From: Callorhinchus milii
Lineage: Eukaryota
Direction: 5' to 3'
NCBI RefSeq assembly: GCF_018977255.1
Contig: NW_024704749.1
Coordinates: 13,516,001-13,580,000 of the forward strand
DNA: 64,000 nt
In this document: positions 26,585 through 37,972 of the stretch, piece by piece
Numbering within the stretch: position 1 is the stretch's first letter
How the letters are laid out: each line of letters starts with the position of its first letter
Notes under the pieces: generated by a model
The model's input: only the letters and a program-made list of their open reading frames with translations
The model's database searches: none
What the model was told of the DNA's origin: nothing
Position numbers and translations under genes: made by a program

Positions 26585-27152
26585 TATTCCTACAATCCCA
26601 AGCTTTACTGTCTCTCAAAGTTTTGATTCCATATCCTTTGATCTTAGTTTGTAATTTAGTGTTGCTCACAAACTACACAGCCACTACACTTTACAGCAAG
26701 TCCTGTGAAGCACTTTGAGACGTGAGAGGTGCTATATCTTATGTAAATGTTGTTATTTGCTGAGAAAGCCTGACCTGGCATTTTGTACGTTTTTCTATTG
26801 CCATTCTATTCTGGGTTTAAGAAAATTGTGCCATTTATGAATGTTGGCAACATTCCTTGAGCACGAACCAGCTGATCCATCAGTGAATAAGTGACAAGTC
26901 TCACTGATGCTATTAATATCCAGTCACTACACTTGACACTAACTTCCTGTGAAGTCCTTTGAGATGTTTTGACAACGTGATAAAGCGCTGTGCCAAATGC
27001 AAGGATTATCATTGTTCTGTATTTCTCTCACTCGGCGTGAATAGAGAGGAAAGAATCTGAACCCACTGCTCAGGTCCCACTCACACTGCCTGTAGAGCAC
27101 TTGAAATCGGTGTAAAGCGAGTGCTCTAACCACTGAGCTACAGGACTCCACG

Positions 27153-27475
27153 TGGTGTCCTGTAGCTCAGTGGTTAGAGCACTCGCTTTGCAAGCGAGAG
27201 ACCTGAGTTCAATTCCAGGCAGAGGGTGAAACCTTGGGCAAGTTTCCTTACTCCACACAGAGCCTAATAATAATCCTCCAAAACCAAAAACAATAATAAA
27301 TTGGTCATTTTCAATCTACGACTGTTTGTGGGACATTGCTGTGCGCAATTGGCTGCCGCGTTCGCCCACAAATATACAGTCAATTCACTTTACAGTGTGT
27401 TCTGTGAAGCGCTTTGGGACGTCCTCCCAACGTGAAAAACGCTATATCAAATGCAAGGTTTATTATTATTATTAT
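27153..27475 (+). mobile_element. Full-length tRNA-Ala-derived SINE
   Basis: Nearly identical to 58805-59130; preceded by an inverted copy of its own head. Confidence 0.9.
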
Positions 27476-29544
27476 AAACCGATTGCGGTGTGTGAATACG
27501 AGTGGCGTGACTTATTATCCACCCTCTCATTCTTCACCAGAATCAGGTTAGAGGTCACTGTACTTGAATTTACGGGCAATTCTACACTTTCAGTTTGCGC
27601 TTTTGGGTCCAATAACCTGCCAAAACTCACATGTGAATTATGACCACTTGTGGAGTCCTGTAGTGTAGTGGTTAGAGCACTCGGCTCGCAAGTGAGACGA
27701 TCCGGGTTTGATTCCCGACCAGGGTGAATCTTAGGCAAGTTTGTTTCCTGCGCACGCACACACCTCTGTTTACCGAGCAGTGGGTAGGAACTCAGTTCTT
27801 AGTCAAATTGTAGAGTGAGAGAAAGAAGTCCTAATGGAAACTGTTGGAATTGTGCAATATATCTAATTGACATTAACTTATATATTTTTGATCTAGTATC
27901 GAGATTGATAGAGAACTGTACAAACTCTAGACGTACTGTGCCTTTATTGACTTTTATGTGGTGCGAATGGGCCAAGTAATCTTTGATATGGAACTGCGCA
28001 GTGCAGTGCGGGCCTTTTCTATAACTACTTACGTTTACATGCTTAAAATTGAATAGAGTCTTTGTTGATTTAAGAGAACGTGCCAACAATACAATGTGAC
28101 GAGGCTGATGTTGACTTGTCTTGACTTGAAGTGTACGTGTTTTCTGGGCAATGCTGAAAGCACGGTGTAAAGTGAGCAACAGCTGCTGGGTTGCAGGTCT
28201 GAGACTTAAGGGGTTAACTTGATGAACACAGCTTTCAGAATCACCGGTCTCATGATCGGTGTTGGCCCAATATTACCGCAGTTTAACCCTGTGCTTACAG
28301 CATTGTGCAGAGCAGAGAACAGCCGTGGGTGAACATCGTTCAGTTGTGTTCCAACTTTGGTCGATTTTTCGTGGGAAAACGGCGAAGCTACAATTTGGGG
28401 CATTTCTTAACGGCATTCGAGCGTAAGGATCCCAAGAATCACAAATGGAGGTTTCCTTTCTCCAACGGGAATTCTATTTCCTCTGAGGGAATGCATTTAA
28501 TGAACATTCCTGATTAGACACCGAACGACCCCACTTTACAGTAAATCCTGTGAAGCGCTTTTTTTGAGATTTCCTTCCGACGTGGAAGGCAGTGCGTCAA
28601 ATCAAAGGCACGGTATAGCATTATTATTATAATTATCGTTGCTATTAGTCTGTCTCGCTGCCTTTGGCGGCATTTCAGAAACATCGAGGGAGCCTCAGCT
28701 TAGTTTTAAATGAACCAAAAGGTCTCCGAGGACACTCTGTCGTGCAGGCTCCGAAAAACGTTATGGATATCAAGTTCCGAGCGGGCAGCGGGGATCCCTT
28801 GCGGGTCGGTGCCGCGTGTGGAGTTTCCTTGTTTTGAGAGAAAAAAAAATATCCCGCAGCTACAATTGTAGATTGTGCTCCGAACTTTATGCCAAGCGGG
28901 AGCGTTTTGATCTCTGTTAAATGCAGGGTCAAGCTCTGGTGACTGCACATCGGGCGGGCGGGCGGGCGGGCGGGGAGTGGGCGCAGAGTTAAGGGAGCAA
29001 TTTGGAGAAATTAACTCGAGAGTGTTTTGCCGGAAGGGTTTTGTCGCATTGATATATTCTGCCTCATGTTCCGCAAAAAGCCCCTTTGGGCTAAATAAAC
29101 CGGACTGGAATTTCAAGAGGTTTGAGTCTGTAAAAATGTTTAATCGAGAGTCCCCTTTGGACGAAAGTCGAAGCCGAGATAATTTGTAAATTGGGTTCCA
29201 ATGGACGCATTTCCAGTATATTGCAAAATATTTGACCGGTCACTGGATTCGCGGATTCGAGTGTTGTGATTGTTTTTGAGAGCAAAAAAGCGAAATGTTT
29301 TTTTTATATAAAACAGAATTTCGATTCAATTTCCTCGTTAAGTTGCAGGTGTGAAGCTGTTTGTTTTGAAAAGAATACATTTCCGCTGTTTTATTTGCAA
29401 TCGTCACCCGACAGACGGACGGACCAACACAACCTCTGTCGAGGAGGACCTTTAAACTGAACCTCTGCTGTGCTTTTGTGACATTTATTTCGGGTTCTGA
29501 TGAGTCTCCGCAATGCGTCTGCGGCAAGAAAGTCAACTACGGTG

Positions 29545-30285
29545 GTTTGGGGGGGGGGGGGTGTGGGGGGGTGTGGGGGGTGTGTTGTGGGGGGGGTGTG
29601 GGGGTGTATGTGTGGTGGGGGTGTGGGGGGGGGGTGGGGGGTGTGTGGGGGGTTGTGTGTGGGTGTATGTGTATGTGGGGGTGTGTGTGGGTGTATGTGT
29701 ATGTGTGGGGGGGTGTGTGTGGGGGTGTGTGTGTGTGTGGGGGGTGGGGGTGTGTGGTGGGTGTGTGTGGGTGGGGGTGTGTGTGTGGGGGGGGTGTGGG
29801 GTGTATGTGTATGTGTGGGGGGGTGTGTGTGGGGGTGTGTGTGGGGGGGGGGTGTGGGGGGTGTGTGTGTGGGGGGGTGTGGGGGTGTGTGTGTGTGGGG
29901 GGGGGTGTGGGGTGTATGTGTATGTGTGGGGGTGTGTGGTGGGGGGTGTGTGTGGGGGGGGGGTGTGGGGGGGTGTGTGTGTGGGGGGTGTGTGTGTGTG
30001 GGGGGGGGGGTGTGGGTGTATGTGTTGTGGGGGGTGTGTGTGTGGGGGGGGGGGTGTGGGGGATAATAAGGGGTAATGTGTCCTTTACACTAAAACTGGG
30101 GCATTGTTGATGTATGTGACTTAGTTGGGGTGTTATGTACAGTATGTGTGCAATGGTCTGTGTGTGTATGTGTGTGTGGGTGTGTGGGGGGGGTGTGTGT
30201 GGGTGTGGTGTGGGGGGGGTGGGGGTGTGAGGGGTGGGGGTGTCTGTGTGTGGGTCTGTGTGTGTGTGGGGGTGTGTGGGTGGGG
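29545..30285. repeat. G/GT-rich low-complexity tract upstream of NELFB
   Basis: Direct reading; source of several spurious Gly/Val/Cys and Pro/His/Thr ORFs. Confidence 0.93.
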
Positions 30286-30299
30286 GCTGAGGGCAGGTG

Positions 30300-30413
30300 T
30301 GAGCCGGAACCCCAGTTGGGGGTCGGGCGGCTCCGGCCGGACGTGTGTTGGGGACGGGCCGGGCCCGGGGCGGAAGGGGCGGGGCCCGGGGCGGAAGGGG
30401 CGGGGCCGGCGCC
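30300..30413 (+). promoter_or_regulatory. NELFB CpG-rich TATA-less promoter/5' leader with GC boxes and ETS cores
   Basis: Two 21-bp copies of gggcccggggcggaaggggcg containing GGGGCGG (Sp1-like) and CGGAAG (ETS/GABP-like), further ccgga motifs, and gccATG. Confidence 0.65.
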
Positions 30414-33400
30414 ATGTTCTCGGGGCTGCAGGAACTCGGCATCGCGAGCGGCGATGAACTGAAGGAAACTCTGACCAACTGCACCGAACCTCTGAAAGCC
30501 ATCNNNNNNNNNNNNNNNNNNNNNNNNNNNNNNNNNNNNNNNNNNNNNNNNNNNNNNNNNNNNNNNNNNNNNNNNNNNNNNNNNNNNNNNNNNNNNNNNN
30601 NNNNNNNNNNNNNNNNNNNNNNNNNNNNNNNNNNNNNNNNNNNNNNGGAGAGGGGGGGGAGGGGGGAGAGGGGAGGGGGGGGAGGAGGGGGGTAGAGAGA
30701 AAGATGCGAGAGTGGGGAGAGATGGTGGAGGAGGAGGATGATGATGATGATGATGATGATGAAGGGGCTCCGTGACGAGCCGTCGGGAGGGCACGAGTTT
30801 GATCGCCTGTGTCGTGGTGACGAGAGGGGTCGAGGTCTCCGGAGCTCTCATTGTAATCACTGAAGCAGCACCGGGGGACGTGCGCTGTGTTGTATTTACG
30901 TCGCTTGTTCTCTGCTCGAAAGTTCAGGGGTACTTTTCACGTCCCGTATTTTAGCTCTGCGTTTCTTTTCCCATTTTCCCCCCCCACCACACCCCCCAGA
31001 TCGAGAATGGAATCTTACTGCCGTCCCTGCAGTCGGCTCTGCCTTTCTTGGACCTGCACAGCATCCCGCGGCTCGAGTTCCACCAGTCCGTGTTTGACGA
31101 ACTGCGAGAGAAGCTGCTGGATAAGGTCGCCACCATCGCATCCGAGGGAAAAGATGGAGAGAGGTAGAGCCGGGAGAGCAGGGGAGAGGGACGGAGTCGT
31201 AATGCAGCGTACGACGTCTGCGGGTCGAACGGATTTCAATCCCTTCCCAACGTTGCTCCAATGCACGTGATACAAACCCCCCCCCCCCGATCGCGTCGTC
31301 GAGACGTCTCAAAGCGCTTCACGGAATATACCGTAAAGTCAATTGACTGTGTATTTTGTGGACAAAACGCGGCTGCCGATTGCAGTGAGCGTCCCACAAC
31401 CAACCAGTCGTGCATTGGGTTAATAATGATTATTATTATTATTGTTTTGAAGATACAACAAACTGGAAGATCTGTTGGGGAAATGCTTCCCACTGGTGAA
31501 AGTGCCGTCAATACAGCCGGTCGTTATGTGTGTAATGAAACACTTACCAAAGGTCAGTCATTCACGTTAACATTGTTTATGGTGCTGCAGTCAAACCAAC
31601 ATTCCCCCCCCCCAATGCAATGTTGTCTTTGCCCAGGGTAACACTCCTAACTACATGTCCACAGGTACCCGAAGAGAAGCTGAAGCTGGTGATGGCAGAC
31701 AAGGATCTGTATAAAATCTGTGCCACTGAGGTCAAACGGCAGATCTGGCAGGACAACCAGGCGCTCTTTGGAGATGAGGTCTCGCCGCTGCTCAAGCAGT
31801 ACATCGTTGAGAAGGAAAACGCCCTGTTCAGCAGTGACCTGTCAGTGCTGCACAACTTCTTCTCGGCCTCCCCCAAAGCCAGGCGCCAGGGAGAGGTAAG
31901 GACGGCTCGGAAAACACTCGTCACCAAAGCAAAGCCTGCCGCCCGCACACCGTCAGATCGAAGGGAATCCCTTCGAGTGCTGAATGTACTGCTCTCCTGT
32001 CAGTGAAAAGCTAAGGATTGTTGCCAGTAAATGCAATAAAAGTCACTTCGGCCGCCCTCCTAACCCCACCTTCCCTGCCCTCCACCCCCTCCTGATCCCT
32101 GATCCCAGCTCGGGTCCAAATCCCTGACTGTCCAACGCTTTGGGACGTCCTCCCGACATGAAAGGGGCTGCGTAAATCTCATGTGTTGTTGTTGTTGTCT
32201 AGGTTGTGCAGAAGTTAACCAACATGATTGGGAAAAACGTCAAGCTCTACGACATGGTTCTGCAGTTCCTGCGCACTCTGTTCCTGCGCACGAGGAACGT
32301 GCATTACTGCACCCTGCGGGCAGAGCTCCTGATGTCCCTGCACGACCTCGATATCAGCGAAATCTGTTCAGTCGACCCCTGTCACAAGGTACACCACCCC
32401 CTAACTGCACCAGTAAACGCGTTAACCTCAGTAAACCTCACATAAGTCGTATCAATTGGAACCACACTTTTAATATTGTGTAGAATATAAACTCTTGAAC
32501 GATCGGGGCTTGGGCAGATGTACTGTTTAGGCAATGATCCAATTGATACAGATCAGACTGATGCGGGTTTTACTGTACAAACCCATTCTTTTAATGACTC
32601 TGAATATGAGATATCGCCAATCGCAATAAATGCCGTATTATACACGGCCACTTCAACTTCAGAGTGAGACGCCGTTGGCTGAGCTTCACCTTCTCACCAC
32701 CTTTTCTCAGCTTGAGTGACAATAGTTGTTGTGGGGCTTCTTAACCATGCCAAGCAGCTCAGCGGGATCCCATCTCACCCCTATTAGAATCCGAGAGCCT
32801 CGAAACCAGATCGCCCCCGAATCTTCTCTGCCGCGCGGAAATCCCGCAGTTTTATTGTTGTGCCACTGGGTGACTTTGTGTGTCCTTTGCAGTTTACCTG
32901 GTGCCTGGACGCGTGTATTCGAGAGAGATTTGTGGATGCAAAGCGAGCCCGAGAGCTGCAGGGTTTCTTGGATGGAGTGAAGAAGGGACAGGAGCAGGTG
33001 CTCGGGTAAGTGTGTTCGTGGCAAACGCCGGTGATCAGCCTTTACAGCAGTGCTGTCTGGTTTTAATAATAATAATCATCCTCACATTTGATAGAGATCC
33101 TTATCGCATTATGGAGATTTATCAAAGCACTTCACACAAGATCTTATAAAGTGTAGTGACTGTATATTTTGTGGGTGAAACGGGGCAGCCAGTTACGCAC
33201 AGCAGTGTCCCACAAACAGCCGTGGATTGAGTGACTAAAGTTTTTTTGTGGGGGGATTTGTGTTGGTGCTTAAAGCTCGGCTAACACTCGGGATCCTACT
33301 TACTGTTAGGTAAACAGAGACGTGTGTGTGCAGTAAGGAAACTTGCCTAATATTTCACCTTCTCCCCCCCACCCCACCGGGAATCGAACCGGGTCCTCTC

Positions 33401-36400
33401 ACTTGCGCGCGAACCACTGCACTACGAGATGTTTGGGATTCTGCCAGCGTGCTTGAGGTTTTTTTTTTCCGTTGCTAACGTTCTGCCTCTTTCCAGCGAC
33501 CTCTCGATGATACTCTGCGATCCCTTTGCGATAAACACTCTGGCCCTGAGCACTGTGAAGAACCTGCAGGAGCTGGTCAGCCAGGATGCGTTGCCTCGGG
33601 TAGGTACCAACAGCCGCTGGTTCAGATCAGGAGTGGCTTACACCGCGTCTTCTGTGTAAAACGCACTGCTGCATGTTGAAAAAAATCATCCTGTCAGAAA
33701 CTGTAGCCCTCCGTTTCTGTGTATTCCCCTACATTTATGTTTTCTCTTGTTGCGCACTGGAGGTAATAATAATAATAATCCTTGCTTTTGTTCCAGCGCC
33801 TTATGTCGTTGAGGCATCTCAAAGCGCTTCACAGGATATACTGTAGAGTAAATTGACTGTATATTTCCTGTTGTTAAGTTAGCTCAGGATCTGCGTGTGG
33901 TGCTTAAAACTCTTGATTGTGGATTTGGACAGGACAGTGCTGACCTCCTCCTCCTGCTGCGAATGCTCTCACTTGGACAAGGAGCCTGGGATATGATTGA
34001 CAGCCAGGTGTTCAAGGAGCCCAAACCAGTACGTGAGCAAAGCTTTGCCTTTTATGTGTGGAATTAGGTTGTGCAACGCGATAAATTGTTTGTTTGTATT
34101 AGTCGTGACCGACCGATCTCACTTCCAGTCCATTGTGTGACATCTTACGTCCTGTTTTAAGATTGTTTTTTTTCTTTGTTCCTCTGTTTGATGTTTTTAA
34201 ACAGTCTGTTTCCCAACAAATAAACAATGGCTTGCAATTTTTATGATGATTTTTCAAGAATAAAAAAAGCTTGTGGTTCGTGGCATTGACACGAATCTTT
34301 ACCTTTGTGCGCTGAGCACATGGAGTGATGTTGTGCTGTTTTCTGTAGGAGATCGAACTGACTACCAGGTTCCTGCCCAACCTGATGGCCTTCGTGGTGG
34401 ATGATCACACTTTCAACGTGGACCAAAAGTTGCCGAGCGAGGAGAAGGTCGCCCTCGTGTACCCCACCACCCTGCCCGAGTCCTTCCTCAAGTACGTCAA
34501 CAGTGAGAAGTTTGCATGTTATTTCCTTCTATATAAGCGCTCCGAGACCCTACCCCAAGTGGAGGGAGCTATATAAGTGCAAGGTGGTGGTGGTGTCGAG
34601 AGATCACTGCCCTGTCCTATCCCCGTACTCCTTCCAGCCTTTATCTTTCATGTACCCATTTACTCCCTTCTTGAAACCCACAATGGGCGCTGACTCTACC
34701 ACCTTACTTGGCAGGGCATTCCACATCCCAACAACCTGTCAGCAATATTCTAGGTCACGTACGCAAAGTGTCTGTTACAGAGTAAGGCTGTTAATTCTCC
34801 ACTCTTGCCAGGTTCGTCCAGGAGAATCGGGTGGCCTGTGAAATCGTGCTTTATTACGTGCTACACATCACTAAACAGAGGAACAAAAATGCCATCCTCC
34901 GTTTGCTCCCTGCTTTGGGTGAGTACGAGAGTTGTGTGCAGTTGTGATATGGTTTTCCTTTAAGCCGTGTGTTTGTACAGGATTGCATTATACAGTAAAA
35001 GAAGCGAGTTTCTATCCACCGTTCATTGTTTGTAGCTGCTTAAAATGGCACCCGGCAGCTTTTGTGGGTTAATATAACCCAATGCTAACTGCTAACTGCA
35101 TCATAGTTAATATCACCATGACACTGATGTCCTGATGGGATTGTCCAGGTGACACATTTATTTAACATTATTTCATTCTCTGATGTCTCCAGTGCCCCAT
35201 TCAATTAACCTGCTGGCTGGGCTACCCTTGTTTAAGATTTTAATTTGACTCATACCATGAAAAGTTATCACTCTTAGATTAGCACAGTGTTTGGGATTGA
35301 GGGAATCGTGCTAGTGGGTTTGACTGGCCAGGATATCAAATGGTGAGTATGTGTGTGTGTGTGTTTCTCTTCGTTGCAGCTGAGACCCACGGTGACATGG
35401 CATCCAGCGACATTTTCTTGCACCTGTTCACCAGCCACCTGACGTTGCTCACGGAAGAGTTCGCTTCAGAGGAGTTCTGCACCACGCTGTTCGGATTCTT
35501 CCTTACATCGATTTCCAGGTGAGAAACATTGGCTTGTAATTGCAATCAAAAACAAAGCCTCAATAAATCACTCTGGTGCTCTTGTGATGACTTGTTACCT
35601 TCTCAAATGACACAGGGCTTCACCGGTGCTCTGAACAATCGGATTCCTGCACAGAAACCTTTCTTAAGGATCGTCAGAGAGATAGTTCAGGCTCGAGTTC
35701 AGGGTTCTTTAAATTCTTGATTTTAAGGTCCCGGTCGGTGTCTTCTTTTCTAGTAAAGAGAACGTACACAGACATGTCCTTCGGCTGCTGCTCCATCTTC
35801 ACCTCAAAGTGGTCCAGTCAAAGATGGTTTTGCTGCTAAAGACACTGGAACCTGGCAAACAGGTAGGGAATATCCATTTCTATTGAGCATGTGACTGATG
35901 TAAAAATAAGTGCATTTGTCAGCAATTGAAGGGAAGCTATGCTTCCTAAAAAGCTGATAATAATAATAATAATGTTTGTAATAATAATCTTGGGAGTCCT
36001 GTAGCTCAGTGGTTAGAGTACTCACTTTGCAAGCGAGATATCTGGGTTCAATTCCAGGCCGGGCGAAACTTGGGCAAGTTTCCTTACTCCACACTCCTAA
36101 TAATAATCCCTCCAAAACAAAACAATAATAAATTTTCAACCCACGACTGTCTGTGGGACGCTGTTGTGCGCAATTGGCTGCCGCGTTTCGCCCACAAATA
36201 TACAGTCAATTCACTTTACAGTCTATTCTGTGAAGCGCTTTGAGACGTCGAGAAGACTTGAAAAGCGCTATATCAAACGCAAGGATTATTATTGTATTTA
36301 ATACAATGCCTACAACGTTGAAATGTCTCGAAGTTTTTCGCGAGGGATTGCTGTAATTGCAGCCACTGTGTATTTGGAGGAAAAAACGTCCAAGTGTCTG

Positions 36401-36612
36401 TTAATCACGTGTGTCCGGCAGCGAAGCTGACTGACTAACTAACTGCCTTTGTGCAGAGCACTGAGGCAGTGAAGGAGCTGTACACCCAACTCACTGAGAA
36501 GATGGAGGTGGTGAAGCAGAGCCCTGTACAAACGGGGGAAACGCCACCTCTGGACCTGCCTGTGAGGACAGTCACTGCACCCACCACCACCACCACCACC
36601 ACCACCGCCTGA
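30414..36612 (+). CDS. NELFB: Negative elongation factor B (COBRA1), 13 exons, about 582 aa
   Basis: Starts MFSGLQELGIASGDELKETLTNCTEPLKAI; the end of exon 1 is lost in the N gap from 30504. Further exons: 31000-31163, 31453-31552, 31665-31895, 32203-32388, 32893-33005, 33497-33599, 33933-34028, 34349-34491, 34812-34918, 35380-35518, 35754-35862, 36457-36612. Recognisable peptides: EVKRQIWQDNQALFGDEVSPLL, LYDMVLQFLRTLFLRTRNVHYCTLRAELLM, DLSMILCDPFAINTL. Confidence 0.96.
32429..32575. mobile_element. Tigger/pogo-type MITE
   Basis: Imperfect terminal inverted repeats cagtaaacctcacataagtc / gactgatgcgggttttactg followed by TA; internal inverted gtatcaattgga / tccaattgatac. Confidence 0.6.
33065..33428 (-). 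mobile_element. tRNA-derived SINE, longer subfamily
   Basis: Homologous to 9598-9959. Confidence 0.78.
35993..36293 (+). mobile_element. Full-length tRNA-Ala-derived SINE in the last NELFB intron
   Basis: Same head, body and tail as 58805-59130. Confidence 0.88.
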
Positions 36613-37201
36613 GAGCTGGAGCCCTTGTGCCAACACCTATTGCCAGGTTCACTGGCCCTTGTTTTGGAGTGGATCTCTGAGCGCACGGAAGTCACATCTA
36701 CAGCTCTTTCCTTGTTAAACCTATAGAAGTTCAAAGAGTTGAAGTCCTGATAAAATCCACATTTTTATTGGCAGCATTTATTCTATTTAGCTTCCCCTCC
36801 TCTTTTCTCCTTCCCCCCCCCAAAAAAAAAAACAATTGCACACAACAGTGCCCCACAAATAGCCATGAAACAAATTACCAATTTTTTTTATTTGGGGGAT
36901 TGTTAGAACTTTTTTATTTAGGAAGTTTTATCGGCAAGTTCAGGACTTTTGATTTTTTTTTAACCCGGTTTTACCAAGGAAACCGTTGCCTTTAGTGTGA
37001 TCCAAAGTAGTAAAGAGTGGCGGGGGGGGGGGTTGAATATTGTATTTTGTACTGTATTACAGTTACTTAAATGTTTAAAAACTATGTTTTTGTTTCAATA
37101 AGGCCAACTGGAAATTTCAGTCTCAGCTCATTTCTTATTTAATGTGCAATTTAAAAAGGTGGCCATTTAAAATGATGTATCACTTTTTTTTAATGAAAAA
37201 A

Positions 37202-37207
37202 AATAAA
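37202..37207 (+). terminator. Candidate NELFB polyadenylation signal
   Basis: AATAAA about 590 nt after the stop, at the end of a U-rich UTR and followed by GU-rich sequence. Confidence 0.5.
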
Positions 37208-37972
37208 AGTTTGAAATATGTACATGTTTGACTTGAACTCACTATTTGTAACGTACTTAAGAGTTGATTGTTCATTTAAGAAGGGAATAGTTTTACTTAG
37301 CACGGTGCACAAATTCTTCCCATTATCTCCTTATCTCCCCACTTTGCCCTCAGGTTTATCCCGATTAATGTCTTAACTTGAATAACACTTTAAACAGGTT
37401 GATGGGCATTTTCTCCCCCAGATACACTTATCATTTAAATGTTCATTTGGTGACAATAGATAAATGTATGATTATATATAATCAAAAATACTTTCCCGGT
37501 CAGCACAGTGCCAATACAGTCTGTTCAAATAAAATGAGTTAAAAGTCCTTTCGGTTTAAATTTTTTCAAGAGAAGAATAGGTTACATACAGCGCTGCTCT
37601 GTTTTTTTTTAAAAAAATATTTGAGGTTTGTGTGGCGTTCTCTTTTGTCAAGTGTGTTTTGTTGATGTTACTGGTGGTAGCTGACAAGTCAAACCCACTG
37701 TTGGGCAAGTGGTTCTGTTTGGAGACGTACAAACACGCACCAGAGCAATGAGTTGCTTCCTGTGCTGCAGAAACCAGTGGATTGAAGAACCAAACGAGAA
37801 AATCTGGAATCCTACAATTGCACTGAAATAGACGGGACATGAGAAAGGAATTGGAGAATTGGGAGTCTGAGGACTTCTCTGTCTAAGTAATTCAAGTCCT
37901 CCACGCCGGTTGGAAAATGTCATTCACAGCCCTTGGAAATCGGTGTGTAACTCTTCTCCGAAGCCATGGCCT

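Noticed and set aside
29475-29540. Hammerhead-like ctgatgag...gaaa
   Set aside because: Stem II lacks a closing pair, and no NUH with stems I and III can be formed.
29478-30860. Gly/Val/Cys- and Pro/His/Thr-rich ORFs
   Set aside because: Low-complexity DNA and a gap; only 30414 onward on + is coding.
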